From: the human T2T-CHM13v2.0 reference genome, Homo sapiens
Assembly: GCF_009914755.1 (NCBI RefSeq)
Contig: NC_060925.1
Strand: one strand, 5' to 3'
Length of the DNA stretch: 64,000 nt
Part shown: one piece after another, positions 1 through 12,565 of the stretch
Layout of the letters: each line of letters begins with the position of its first letter
How positions within the stretch are numbered: position 1 is the stretch's first letter
Translations under genes and position numbers: made by a program
Notes under the pieces: model-generated
The model's database searches: none
The model's input: the letters and a program-made list of their open reading frames with translations, nothing else
Told to the model about the DNA's origin: nothing

Positions 1-29
1 ATTTTATTGCTTTTTAAAAATCAAAAACA

Positions 30-345
30 GGCCAGGCACGGTGGCTCATTCCTATAATCCCAACACCTTGGGAGGCCGAGGTGGGTGAATCACTTGAGCT
101 CAGGAGTTTGAGAACAGCCTGGGCAACATGGCAAAACCCAATCTCTACAAAAAATACAAAAATTAGCCAGGCGTGTTCGCGCTGGCCTGTAGTCCCAGCT
201 ACTTGAGAGACTGAGGTGGGAGGATCACCTAAATCTGGGAAGTGGAGGTTGCAGTGAGCCGAGATTATGCCGCTGCACTCCAGCCTGGCAACAGAGCAAG
301 ACTCTGTCTCAAATAAATAAATAAATAAAAATAAAAAAACACAAA
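30..345 (+). mobile_element. Alu, AluJ-like, full dimer
   Basis: GGCCAGGCACGGTGGCTCA start, A-rich linker, J-type GAGGATCAC right arm, (AAAT)n tail. Confidence 0.93.
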
Positions 346-1464
346 CAAAAATTTTATACCACTCAAGATGTACAAAAATCACCATTCAAGTTCCTTATTA
401 TTATGTGGCCCATTAACGGAAGACCAAAAAAAAAAAAAAAGGATCCTGAGCTCAGTAATTCTCCTGGCGTAGCATTGTACATGTTAATCATTTTCTATTG
501 TTTGCAACTGCTGGAACAGAACAGCAGCAGTCATTGTTCTTGCTGCCTATCAAGGATGACAAGAGATACCATCACAATTATGGGGTGATACATATGGCTC
601 AAAACCATACCTCCTAGTGCTGGAAAAGGTACATTAGCAGAAGAGAAAGTGGTGAGATGACTGCATGGTTGCTCTAGGTAGATATATAATTGGACTGAGT
701 TACTATGATTGGGATCTAAATCCAGCAAGAAAGGATCCACAAATACTTTCAGATGTGATTTCACCAGTCTTGTGTTTTAAATTTATCACTTGGTTGAATG
801 GAGCATATGTTCATGTAATTTTCTTCTGTAAAAGTTATGTTTTCCATGCCCATATATAAGAATATCTTTATGCTGCCTCCACATATTACAAATAATTTGG
901 CCAGGAATAAAATTATTGAATCCTTACTTTCTTTACTCAGAATGCTCTGAGTGTGACTTGAAAAAATATTTAGCATTGCTGAGAAGTCTGCAACATAAAA
1001 TCTGTTCCTTTGCTTATAATGCAAATAAAAAAAATTTCCTTGCATGAATGCTTATAGTACTTTCTTGCATTCCTTATAATTAGAAGCTGTTTTCAAAAGG
1101 TTTCTAGAAATGAGTCAAATTCTTGATTTTGCCTGAAATCCAGACCATGCTTTTATTCTTACTCTGGCCTATTATCATTTCTACAACATGTTCTTTAATT
1201 ATGTCAAATTATTTCCTCTATTTGTTCTAATGCATTCTTTAGGAACACCCATTAATTCCTTCTCTTCCATTTCTGCTGCTTGGAAAATAAGATTCATTTT
1301 TGTCTTGCTTTCTCATTCACACTCTCCCAGGCTCTCTTGATGTCTGTCTACGTGTCTGTCACCTTCTTTCTCATTGTTTTTACCTCTTTGTTCTTTTCTT
1401 CTTCTTCCTGAGAGTGCTTCTTGAGTTTGTCTTCTACATGACAGATAGTCTGCTCTACTAAGAG

Positions 1465-1781
1465 CAATGGGTCCCCAACCTTTTTGGCACCAGGAATGGG
1501 TTTCATGGAAGAAATTTTTTCCACAGACCAGGGGGCCCGGGGTGGAGTGATTTTGCGATGAAACTGTTCATCAGGATTCTCATTAGGAGCATGCAACCTA
1601 GATCCCTTGCATGTGCTGTTCCAACAGGGTGTGTGCTCCTATAAGAATCTAAAGCCACCACTGATCAGACAGTGGCTATAAATACAGGTGAAGCTTCTCT
1701 TGCCTGCTGCTCACCTGCTATATGGCCTGGTTCCTAATAGGCCACGGTAGGGGTCTGTGGCCTGATGGTTGGGGACCCCTG
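1465..1781 (+). mobile_element. MER1B hAT-Charlie DNA transposon
   Basis: Ends GGTCCCCAACC...GGTTGGGGACCCCTG form TIRs; body CTTTTTGGCACCAGG...TTTTTTCCACAGACC matches MER1B as recalled. Confidence 0.88.
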
Positions 1782-1829
1782 TAGTAGAGCATAGTTAGTT
1801 CTGCTCTTTACTAATGCCATGTGATTTCC

Positions 1830-2600
1830 CCCCAGCTTTTCACTGTGAACAATTATCAAGCAAAAAAGTTGAGAGAATAATTCAAGGACCATCACATAAT
1901 TTCAATAACTGTGAGTATTTCACCATCTGTTATTCATTTATACATATGGGTGTGTTTAAAGGCTAAACCATTTGAAAATAAGCTGCAAATATTATAACAT
2001 GTCTCCTTTAAGTACTTCAGTATGTATCTCTTAAAAGTAAGGACACTCTTGTTTTATAACCTCAATACCATGATCATACCTAAGAAACTTAATTCCTTGA
2101 TATTAACTCCAGACCACACTCAGGTTGCCTCAACTGTCCTCAAAATGTCTTCCCTGTCCCCAAATCAGTATACCATCAATGTTAATCTGTTGCTTTTTGT
2201 TGTTTTGCCTTTGTAGTTTCTTAACCTAGAATGATCTTCCTCACCCCTGCTTTATTCATTTATTAATTTTAGACTCTCCCACATTCTGGATTAGTCTGAC
2301 TGTTTCCATTTGGTATATTTAGTTTGTTGCTCCATCCCTGTATATGCCATAAAGTAGAAGCTAGATTTGAAGGTGTGATTAGATTCTGCTTTAACATTTT
2401 TGGCAAGAATAGTTCATAGTGCTACTTTATCTTTTATCAATTGTCCCATGTCCTATCATTAACACTGCTCAGTTTGATTGTGTGGTTAAGGCAGTAGCGA
2501 TCAGGGCTTTCTGTTGTCAAGCTCTATTATCCTTTTGTAAATTAGCAGGTAGGTGATCTGTGGGGTGACATTTGGCACCAATGTGGATTTTAAATCTGCT
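1830..2600 (-). mobile_element. Old L1M (L1MC4/5-like) 3' fragments
   Basis: Degenerate similarity to L1MC 3' UTR on the minus strand; boundaries approximate. Confidence 0.45.
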
Positions 2601-4164
2601 AGTGCATGTTTCGCTTCCCTGTAATATTTTCTTATCTTCCTCTTCCTACAATAATACCTGCTGTCTTTTCATCATAGATCATGAAAACCCTATCTTTTAG
2701 TATCCTTTAGAGACTGCCAAGTCCTGTACTCAATTTCCCCTTTGCTTTTTGTAAAAAGTCGCTTCCAGAGCTGGGGATGTCATCTAGGTCTTCATGATGA
2801 TAGTTCCCCTCCCATATTCGATAGGAGCCTTCATGGGTCCTGTCTTGGGTTTTGGTTACTCCTCCTCCCAGCAGTAGGGACTCCCCAGGCCTGGTGTACA
2901 TTCACAGATGGCCGTGTGGCTCACTTTGGCAATTCTCTCTTTGTCAACTTAGCTACTTGCCAAATTCACCATCCAGATCCATCTCTGGACAAGCCAGGGA
3001 GCAGAGCTCCCAACCCAATCCCCTCATCTCCCCACCAGAGGCAACTGGACAAATGGCCTCTTCTCCAGTCCCTCTTGCCTTGTTCTCTGATATACCGAAG
3101 TCAGTCTTCTAAATTTACTGGCTCCAGGGCCCTTCCTGGAGGTGCCCCCTCTTTCTCTATCCTCTCACTGTCTGCCTCACTGGTTTTGGAAATAGAACTC
3201 TCCAAACGGATGTATAAAGAGAGGTGTCAGTGAGGGGCAAGGGAAGGAGGGAGGGTGGAGAAGGCACAGCCTTTTTTTTCCTTCTGTAAGAAGATGCTCT
3301 GTGGTCTGACTGCCTGGTTTTCTGGTCCATACAGATTCTGTGTTTTGGAATCAAAGTCAGGCAGCGGGGAAAGGGATGAGGGTCCTATCTATGTTGAAGT
3401 AGACTTTTTCATGTCTGCCTCTGATTGGGCTTCTCAATCCAGTTCTATAAAAGTGGCAGCCAGTAACTGGCATTGGATTGCGCAGATTACCTCCATCTGA
3501 CTGTGAAGGCCCGTGGGATTCCAGCCCTGTTTCTCATCCATTTTATTTCCACTACACCTAGGCCCTTCCACTCCAGTCAGGGTAAGATGGTCATTGCATT
3601 ACAAACTCCAGGCTCATCCCTCTTTCCTGCTGTTGGTGCTGTTGGTGCCTCTCCCCCAGAATCCTTTTTCCTCCACCAGCCTAAATCCTTAAGAAATCCC
3701 TCCCTCTCTCCAGAATGTTTCCTTGAGTGTTTACTCCCTCACGGGTCTCTCTTTCTTTCTTCTGAATTCCTATAACACGTTTTGTCTGAGCCACACATTT
3801 CAGCCCCCGTTCTAGGCCCACTTTGCCTTTTTACTTCATGGTGTCAGCTCTGTCACCTGAACTAGCTTGAAACTCCCTGAGGGCAAGGACTGGGCTCTTC
3901 TCTTCAAGTCCCCCTGGAACCTCTGGAGCAGGAAGGAGGCTGCAAACCAGAAGGATGGAGTGTTTGTACCTGAGTACCTAGGAGGGGAAACGGCAATGAT
4001 TCACTGAACTTAGGACAGGGTGGGTCCTGCATGCCAAGGATGCTCCTTCTGTGACCCATATGCTGTCCCCTACAGCTGCCACTTACATTGTGTTCCTGCT
4101 GTCCTGCCCAGCTGCCCCAAAACACCCTCCTTAGGCACACAGCTGAGAGCCAGGCAAGGCTCTG

Positions 4165-4437
4165 TTTTCTTTCTTTCTTTCCTTCTCCCTTTCTCTCTTT
4201 CTTTTTCAGCCTCCAACTCCTAGGCTCAAACAATCCTCCCACCTCAGCCTCCTGAATACCTGGGACTACAGGCACATGCTGGCATGCCCACCTAGTCAAA
4301 AAAGGGTTTTTTTTTTTTTTTTGTGGTGGAAAGGTCTCACTATGTTGCCCAGGCTGGTCTCAAACTCCTGGCCTCAAGTGATCCTCCCCTGTTGCGTCCC
4401 AAAGTGCTGGGGTTAAGGTGTGATCCACCGTGTCCGA
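4165..4437 (-). mobile_element. Partial AluJ
   Basis: CTCCTAGGCTCAAACAATCCTCCCACCTCAGCC...CCCAAAGTGCTGGG in reverse orientation with CT-rich tail. Confidence 0.88.
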
Positions 4438-5027
4438 AGGTTCTATTTATTAAAGCTTTGGTTTAATTATTTGGAAAGCAAAAAGAATGATGCCTCCCTG
4501 CCCAAAGTTGATGTGAGCATTAAATGAGTAAGGCATGTGGATGTTTTACTCAGTGCCTCACACATACGAGCCTCTTGGAAGTATTTGAATCTAAATCGAC
4601 ATTAATATCAACGAGTGCATTGCCTGTCCTGGAATTAGCTACATAAACTGCCCTTTGCTTTCTCTTCTTTTTGTATCCTGTCTTTTTTCCACCTTTATGC
4701 TCCCCCTATTCTTATACTTTCTTCCTCTTTTTTTTTTGTTATTTCAGATACTCTATATTGTGGAACTGAAATGGCATTTTTTTTGGCTCCCATGGACTGT
4801 TTCTTTGACATTCTGAACAGTTGGAGTCTATAAAAAAATTCTAGTGTTTTGGTATTCACTGCTGCTGAGTGCCTTCCTGTCAACAGTCTTCTCCTTTGTC
4901 CTCATTCATTCATTCATATGTTCATTTACTCATTCATTCATGTATTTGGTCATTTACTCATGCATCCGTCCATCTGAATCCCCATTCGCTTATTTTTGGC
5001 AACTTTGTAAATAAAAATGAATAGCTT

Positions 5028-5028
<1 letters not shown>

Positions 5029-5066
<38 letters not shown>
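5029..5066. repeat. (GT)19 microsatellite
   Basis: Direct reading. Confidence 0.97.
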
Positions 5067-5072
<6 letters not shown>

Positions 5073-5984
5073 ATAAACACAGGTGTGCGTACATATAAGT
5101 ACTACAGCCACCCACTGGTTACTATGACAAACTAACTACAGGATAAAGATGGGTAAAGAAGGAAGAGGAAGGGCATCCTTCCTATGTTTCACATCCTATG
5201 TGAAAACAACAGACACAATTACACATTACAAAAATACACTCTTATTATATTAAACTGTGTTCTCAGTTCTGGGGAAGGTGGGGTATTGCCAGGTAGGAGC
5301 AGATGAGAGGTGAGACTGTTGCATCCCTGGGGAAATAATGACACCAGCAGTCTGCTAAATGCAGCAAATAACCGTTTTGAGTTGTGATGTAAATTAGAAA
5401 AAGTTTGGTGGGAGAGAAGGCCTAGGAAAAGAAAGCTAAAGCTGTTGTGGTTTACGCACAGAGGGTGAGACTGTTAGGAGAGACTAGAAAGCAGCAGAGA
5501 ACTGTCCTTGGAGGGGGGTTGCGAGCCCATGCTGGAGGAAGAAGGCACCCAAAGACTGTCTTCACACAGCCCAAGATTCAAGTCTGCTGAGCTGCTGATT
5601 GAGCTTGCCCTGGTGGTGGAGAGAGGGAGGTGACACAGCCTGGGAGCTGTAGGTGCCAGGTGACTTTAGGACAGAAGCTGCAGATAACAGAGAAAAAGAT
5701 AATCTCATCAGAGGCACCTCAGGGAATGAGTGAGCAGAGGTGATGATTTGAAGAAAATTGTCCTCCAGATGTAAGCTCAGCACATCATTCCTTATTGCAC
5801 CCTATTCTAGGGACAGCTCATCCCTGCAGCCATCACAGCTCACCAGCTCTACATCCACAAACCCACCTGGGTCTCCTTGGGTCCCTTCTTACCTGGATGG
5901 GCCCAGGACCTGTCCAGTCTCAGCCGTCCCACTCCCCAAACCTCTCAGATGTAGGCCATGGGAAGACAATTCCCGGTGTGGATG

Positions 5985-6338
5985 TGCTATGATCTGAACG
6001 TTTGTGGCCCCCAAATTCATATGTTGGAATCACCAATGCAATAGTACTAGCATTAGTATTAAGAGGTGGTGCCTTTGGGAGGTGCTAGCTCATAAGGGAT
6101 CTGCCCTCATGAATGAGATTATTGCCCTTATAAAAGAGGCTTGAGGGAGGCTTTTTTTTTTTTCCTTTCCACCATGTGACAGCTCAGCAAAAAGGCACTG
6201 CTGATGGGGAACAGCTCCTAACCAAACAGAATCTTTTGGCACCTCAATCTTGGACTTCCCAGCCTCCAGAACTGTGAGCAATAAATTTCATTTGTTTATA
6301 AATTACCCAGTTTATTTTGTTATAACAGTCTGAAAAAC
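5985..6338 (+). mobile_element. MaLR solo LTR (MLT1A/MSTD-like)
   Basis: TGCTATG start, TATAAAAGAGGC, TTGGACTTCCCAGCCTCCAGAACTGTGAGCAATAAA. Confidence 0.85.
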
Positions 6339-6809
6339 AAAAAAAGAGCCATCTTGAATAAAGATTCAGAGTGTCCCCCTAACATGTCCAGACCTTTTTT
6401 TGTGGGCAGTCCTCACCATGGTCCACTGGAATCCTTGGACTTTCTGTCTTGGAAGGTTCCTCTCTGCCGAAGTCCAGAGGTGTTCCCTGGCCTGTTGGTT
6501 GCTGTGGCTGGAGGAGCTCCATTATCCCAGGGCCCAGGGCTGCCACCTGATAGTCTCAGAAGTTGCATGCAGGGTCCGAGCCTAGTGGAACCCTAGAAGG
6601 TTGTGCTGGTCAGGACTAGCTGGGCTGTGGAGGCTGGCAGTCCTCCAGCTCTCTGTCTTCCTTTCCTTCCATGCCCCCACCTTGTCATCAGGTTGGTGCT
6701 CTAAACTTTCATATCTCTCCTCGGGATGTGACCCAGGCCGTTTGGTACATACATATCCTGAAACTCTTGCTACTCCCAGACTCCAAGGTAGCAGAGAATT
6801 TCTCAAACA

Positions 6810-8100
6810 AGATGCAAAAACCATGAACTTTAAAGGGGAGAATTAATAAAAGGCTTGATGACATTAAAAATCTTCAGTTTTCCTTTATTTCTATTTCATT
6901 GTAAATAAGTGAAAACACAACTCAAAGACTGGAAGAATATATTAGCAATGTATATTGCTGGCACAAGTCTGGCATTCACAATATATAAATAATGCCCACA
7001 AACCTGTAAGATAAAGACAAAGAATGCAATAGAAAAATGGGCAAAGAATATGAATATTCGATGGAGAGAAAGCATCAATGGCCATTAACTCATGAAAACT
7101 TGCTCAACCTCAGTAATAATCAGAGAAATGCAACTAAAAACAATGAGCTGCCATTTCACAGTGGCTAGAAGAAAACTGTTTCTTCCTTACTCCTGATGTT
7201 TTCCTCAGGAAAGGAGATTTCCCCTGATAATGACTTCTCGTCTTACCCTTTCTCTTCCCCATGGAGATGGGATAAGTTCTCTAGTTGGGGGGCTTTTGAC
7301 TCACGTTTTTCTCCTGGGAGGAACTTATCTGAAAAAGATCCTGCATGCAAGGGATTTGGTCTGTTTCTCCATCTCCACCTCGACCAGCATGACCCAGCCA
7401 CCCGGGCAAGTGTGATTATGCTCCACATTCAGTCTTCCCGTGAGTGGGCTGTTCCAAGGTTGAGCAAGCCCTTTCTGGCTCTCACATTAACCCAACTTTA
7501 TTGCTGGTAAAGTTGATGTTTGGCTCTCCATCTCCTAAGTCCTTTGTCTATTTCCCAATTGGCTCAAAACTTAGGCAAGGAAAGGTAGTCCTGTTGGTTG
7601 GGTTTCCCCAAAGCATACCCACCAATGGACAAAAATGAAAAAAAAAATTGAATGATGCCAAGTGTTCTCAAGAAATTAGAGCAAAAAGGCCTCTTAGTGC
7701 TACTGATGCAAAAGTAAACCAATTTACTAATTTGGAGAGTAACTGAGTACTAATGAATTTGAAGATGTGGATTCCCCAGGGTCCGGCATTTCCTCTTTTA
7801 GGAAGATACCCTCACCCACATAAACACGAGTGTTCAGTCAGCACTGTTTGCAAAAATGGAAAATTGAAAACATCCTAGATGTCCATCAACAGGCAATATG
7901 AATAAACAATTAATGACAAAGTCAGACAGTGGAGTGCTACACAGTTACATTTATTGATAGGAAAAAATTTCAGAAAATATTGAGTGAATAAAAACAAGTT
8001 GCTAAAGGAAACATTTTGTATAAATATTTAAATAAAAGTTGAAAATCATATAGGTCCATACTGTATACATACACACAGTGAGAGTGGTGCTATATGGCTT
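6810..8100 (+). mobile_element. Old L1ME ORF2 end and 3' UTR, interrupted at about 7161-7613
   Basis: AGAAAAATGGGCAAAGAATATGAA, TAATCAGAGAAATGCAA, GATGTCCATCAACAGG motifs. Confidence 0.7.
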
Positions 8101-8114
8101 GTATGTGTAATGAA

Positions 8115-8430
8115 GAGTCATAATCCTCACCCTAAACCTGGGGGCCAGGCCTGTTTTGATATTTGGAGTTGTTCACATTTTAGAAAGGCCACATGGGGCT
8201 GCATAGAACATTGCTAACAGTATAGGAGGCAGCAACCCAGGTTCAAATACATCAGTATTTCTTCAGTGAAATCTATGAGCAACCACTTAAAATGAGCCAT
8301 ATAAAGTCCATAAATAACTACATGTCAGTTCAAGTTTTACTGCCAAATGAGTTTGTCACAAATTTACAAAAAAACTGTTTCTTACAGCTTTTCAGATTTC
8401 AGAATTATGGATAAGGGAGTATAGATCTGA
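8115..8430. mobile_element. MER46C-like TcMar-Tigger DNA transposon
   Basis: Terminal TTTCAGATTTCAGAATTATGGATAAGGGAGTATAGATCTG resembles the MER46 end. Confidence 0.55.
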
Positions 8431-8691
8431 GTATGAAAACATTTATGGGAATAAAAGACAGCAAATTCAGGTTATGCTTGCCTTCAGGAAGGGAAGGAGG
8501 GGACAGGGATTAGTTGCTCATCCATAACGACACCTACTCCATAGTATTATGGGGCTGAGACACAGAAGAATGTACACACAGTGACTGACATTACAAAATA
8601 CATTTGTAATGTCTTTTTTAAGGAAGCAAATATGGCAAAAGATGCTGAGATTTGATAAAGCCTCATGGTGGGCACATGAGTACATATTATT

Positions 8692-8997
8692 CTCTTTTTT
8701 CTTTTTTTTCTGAGATGGAGTCTCGCTCTGTTGCCCAGGCTGGAGTGCAGTGGCCCGGTCTCGGCTCACTGCAAACTCTGCCTCCTGGTTCAAGTGATTC
8801 TCGTGCCTCAGCCTCCCGAGTAGCTGGGATTATAGGCACTTGCCACCACACCTGGCTAATTTTTGTATTTTTAGTAGAGATGGTGTTTTGCCACCTTGGC
8901 CAGGATGGTCTCGAACTCCTGACCTCAAGCAATCCACTCCACCCACTTCGGTCTCTCAAAATGCTGAGATTACAGGCATGAGTCACTGCACCTGGCC
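8692..8997 (-). mobile_element. AluS
   Basis: Full reverse Alu; degenerate TSD TATTAT(T/C)CTCT. Confidence 0.94.
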
Positions 8998-9903
8998 TTA
9001 TTATCCTCTACAAAGCTGTATGTTTTAAAATGTGTCTTAATAAGAAGTGTTGAATATTCATATCCTCTCCCCTCATCGGGCCCATAGAGATGAACTGAGT
9101 TTTCCAGTTACTCAACTAGTTGGTGGTACAGCTGGAATTCGAACTCTGTTTCTTTGCTTGACTCTTTCCATTAAGAGGATTGCGCTATTAACCTCTCTTA
9201 AATAAACGACTCTATGAATCAGTGAATTAAAGACCAGTTATTTTCTCTGAAAAATCTAAAGGGTAAATAACATAAAGAGAAACCAGCACAGATTGAGAAG
9301 ATGGCAGAGCCAAGAGCCATCAGGGGTGTGTGGACACCCTCCCTAAATTCCCAGTGGCAGAGAATTTGCAATGCTCCATCCCCATTTGCTTCTCTCTAGT
9401 ATCACCTCACTTCATTCCTCTGAGCTTTAGTTGAGCACAGTCTTCGCTCTCCTCTCCCAGGACAGCGAGTCTCTGAGTCGACCTTTTCAGTCTTTGGGAG
9501 TCGCCTTAAACTTCTTTCTTCCATTCACCAGAGCTGTTCTTAGGGTCACAGAGCTGGGAGGAAAAGTCATGCTGTGGGAAAACCTGCTTTACCACACACC
9601 AACATTTTCATCCAGGTGATAGAAGGATAAAATGAACATTCAGGACCTCAAAGGCAGAAGGATAATTCAGTATGTCGAGACTACCTGATGTGCAAGGCGC
9701 TGAGCCAGCTGCTGTGTGTACGTTCTTCTGTGTCATCAGCCCCATAATATTGTGGAGAAGGTGTCATTATGGATGAGCAACTAGGGGGGACACATGGCTT
9801 GTAAAGGGTAGAAAGAAGAGCAGGACTTGGATCTATGGCACCCCATGGCTCCCAGCTTCCCAGCAGACTTCACAACGGCAGCTGGAGTTGAGAAGAGGGA
9901 TCA

Positions 9904-10266
<363 letters not shown>

Positions 10267-10529
10267 GTAGTCACACGCATTTGAGCTTTCCCATGGGCAA
10301 GGGGGCCCATGTCTTTGTTCTTAGCTCCAGCCAGATGGGTTCTTTCTCCTTCCCAGCCCTTAGCATGTTCTCCTCCCTTCAGCACCCTGAACAAGGGACT
10401 CCCTTGGGGAACATGATAGAATGAGACTAGAAGACTCAGAATTTGGCAGTGATACTTTTGTAGAAGGTAAAAAATGGAAAGGAGGTAAAAGTTCATAGAA
10501 AATGGAGAAATACTGAAAATAGAAGAACT

Positions 10530-11290
10530 ACAGTCAGATGTAACAGAAACTTGAAAAACTGGTTTAGGCCGGGCACAGTGGTTCACGCCTGTAATCCCAG
10601 CACTTTGGGAGGCTGAGGCGGTGGATCACAAGTTCAGGAGATTGAGACCATCCTGGCTAACATGGCGAAACCCCGTCTCTACTAAAAATACAAAAAATTA
10701 GCTGGGCGTGGTGGCGGGCACCTGAGTCCCAGCTACTCAGGAGGCTGAGGCAGGAGAATGGCGTGAACCCGGGAGGCGGAGCTTGCAGTGAGCCAAGATC
10801 GTGCCACTGCACTCCAGCCTGGGCGATAGAGCAAGACTCAGTCTCAAAACAAAACAAAACAAAAAACCAAAAACAAACAAGCAAACAAAAAACAAACTGT
10901 GGTTTAGATGAATTAGGAGTTTTATTTTTCTCTTGGTACAAGAATTTCAGAGACGGCCACATGAAGGTATGATTCAAAGACTCACAGATGTCAGGGCCAA
11001 GTCCCAGCTAGATCTTGGCATTTTCTTCATGGTTGTCCTGTGGTCACTTCCAAGCAGGAAGAAAGGTCAAGGCCAAAAGGAGGCTCCAGCTAAATCCACC
11101 CACCTCTAAGGAGCCTCTGTGAAGTCTTGCCTGGTGATTTCCACTTAGAAATCACTGGCCAGAGCAGACACTTGGCCACTCCATCTTCAATGGGAGCTGG
11201 GAAAGATAATTTTATTTTTCAATTGGGACCTCCAACAAAATTGGATCCTGTTAGTAAAGAAGAAAGTGAATATAGTCTCAAGTGGTCCAT
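10530..11290 (-). mobile_element. Old MaLR LTR (MLT1K/L-like), split by AluY
   Basis: TGTAACAGAAAC...CTGGTTTAG and CACTGGCCAGAGC...GGGAGCTGGGAAA...CTGTTAGTAAAGAAGAAAG motifs. Confidence 0.5.
10567..10895 (+). mobile_element. AluY
   Basis: Diagnostic GACCATCCTGGCTAAC, GAATGGCGTGAACCCGGGAGGCGGAGCTTGCAG. Confidence 0.95.
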
Positions 11291-11299
11291 ACAATTATA

Positions 11300-11596
11300 T
11301 TTGTTTCTTGAGACAGGGTCTCACTCTATTGCCCAGCTTGGAGTGCAGTGGCATGGTCAGAACTCACTACAGCCTTGGCTTCTCAGGCTCAAGTGATCCT
11401 CCCACCACAGCCTCCCACATAGCTGGGACCATAGGTATATGCCACCATGCCTGGCTAATTTTAATTTTTTAATTATTTGTAGAGGTGGGTCTCTTTATGC
11501 TGCCCAGGCTGGTCTTGAACTGCTCAGCTCAAGTGATCCTCCTGCCTTGACTTCCCAAAGTGCTGGGATTAGTGCAGTGAGACACAGAGCCTGGCC
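11300..11596 (-). mobile_element. AluJ
   Basis: Reverse Alu with GAGACAGGGTCTCAC and GGCTCAAGTGATCCTCCC. Confidence 0.9.
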
Positions 11597-11698
11597 CACA
11601 ATTAGATTTTTAATTTTAAAAATACATTCAAAATTTACATTCAATTTCATATCTGCTTGTTTTAAAATAAAACCAATGTTTCAAATTACGTATCGTTT

Positions 11699-12565
11699 GG
11701 GGGAGGAGCCAAGATGGCTGCATAGGAACAGCTCCGGTCTACAACTCCCAGTGTGAGCGATGCAGAAGATGGGTGATTTCTGCATTTCCATCTGAGGTAC
11801 CGGGTTCATCTCAGTAGGGAGTGCCAGACAGTGGGCGCAGGTCAGTGGGTGCGCGCACCATGCGAGAGCCGAAGAAGGGAGTTCCCTTTCCTAGTCAAAG
11901 AAAGGGGTGATGGACGGCACCTGGAAAATCGGGTCACTCCCACCCGAATACTGCGCTTTTCCGACGGGCTTAAAAAACGGCGCACCACGAGATTATATCC
12001 TGCACCTGGCTTGGAGGGTCCTACGCCCACAGAGTCTCGCTGGTTGCTAGCACAGCAGTCTGAGATCAAACTGCAAGGCGGCAGCGAGGCTGGGGTAGGG
12101 GCGCCCGCCATTGCCCAGGCTTGCTTAGGTAAACAAAGCAGCCGGGAAGCTCGAACTGGGTGGAGCCCACCACAGCTCAAGGATGCCTGCCTGCCTCTGT
12201 AGGCTCCACCTCTGAGGGCAGGGCACAGACAAACAAAAAGACAGCAGTAACCTCTGCAGACTTAAATGTCCCTGTCTGATACCTCTGAAGAGAGCAGTGG
12301 TTCTCCCAGTATGCAGCTGGAGATCTGAGAAGGGGCAGACTGCCTCCTCAAGTGGGTGCTGACCCCTGACCCCCGAGCAGCCTAACTGGGAGGCACCCCC
12401 CAACAGGGGCACACTGACATCTCACACAGCAGGGTACTCTAACAGACCTGCAGCTGAGGGTCCTGTCTGTTAGAAGGAAAATTAACAAACAGAAAGGACA
12501 TCCACACCAAAAACCCATCTGTACATCACCATCATCAAAGACCAAAAGTAGATAAAACCACAAAG
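11699..12565. promoter_or_regulatory. L1 5' UTR with internal sense and antisense promoters
   Basis: 867-bp CpG-rich UTR; YY1-type site CAAGATGGCTG at 11710-11720; 39-bp internal deletion near 11873 relative to recalled consensus. Confidence 0.85.
11842..12111 (-). CDS. L1 antisense ORF0, open, 89 aa
   Basis: MAGAPTPASLPPCSLISDCCASNQRDSVGVGPS...VGVTRFSRC matches primate L1 ORF0; ATG at 12111-12109; expression unknown. Confidence 0.75.
   Translation of the reverse strand: MAGAPTPASLPPCSLISDCCASNQRDSVGVGPSKPGAGYNLVVRRFLSPSEKRSIRVGVTRFSRCRPSPLSLTRKGNSLLRLSHGARTH

Noticed and set aside
14-385. Alu-derived ORFs here and at about 8652, 31349, 43886 and 50350
   Set aside because: Standard Alu translations.
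400-790. Unassigned DNA with an A15 run as a possible retrocopy or env fragment
   Set aside because: No recognisable protein similarity or TSD; cannot be supported without a search.
1451-1791. 10-bp inverted repeat just outside the MER1B TIRs
   Set aside because: Explained by duplication of a near-palindromic hAT target (TGCTCTA-C-TAGAGCA).
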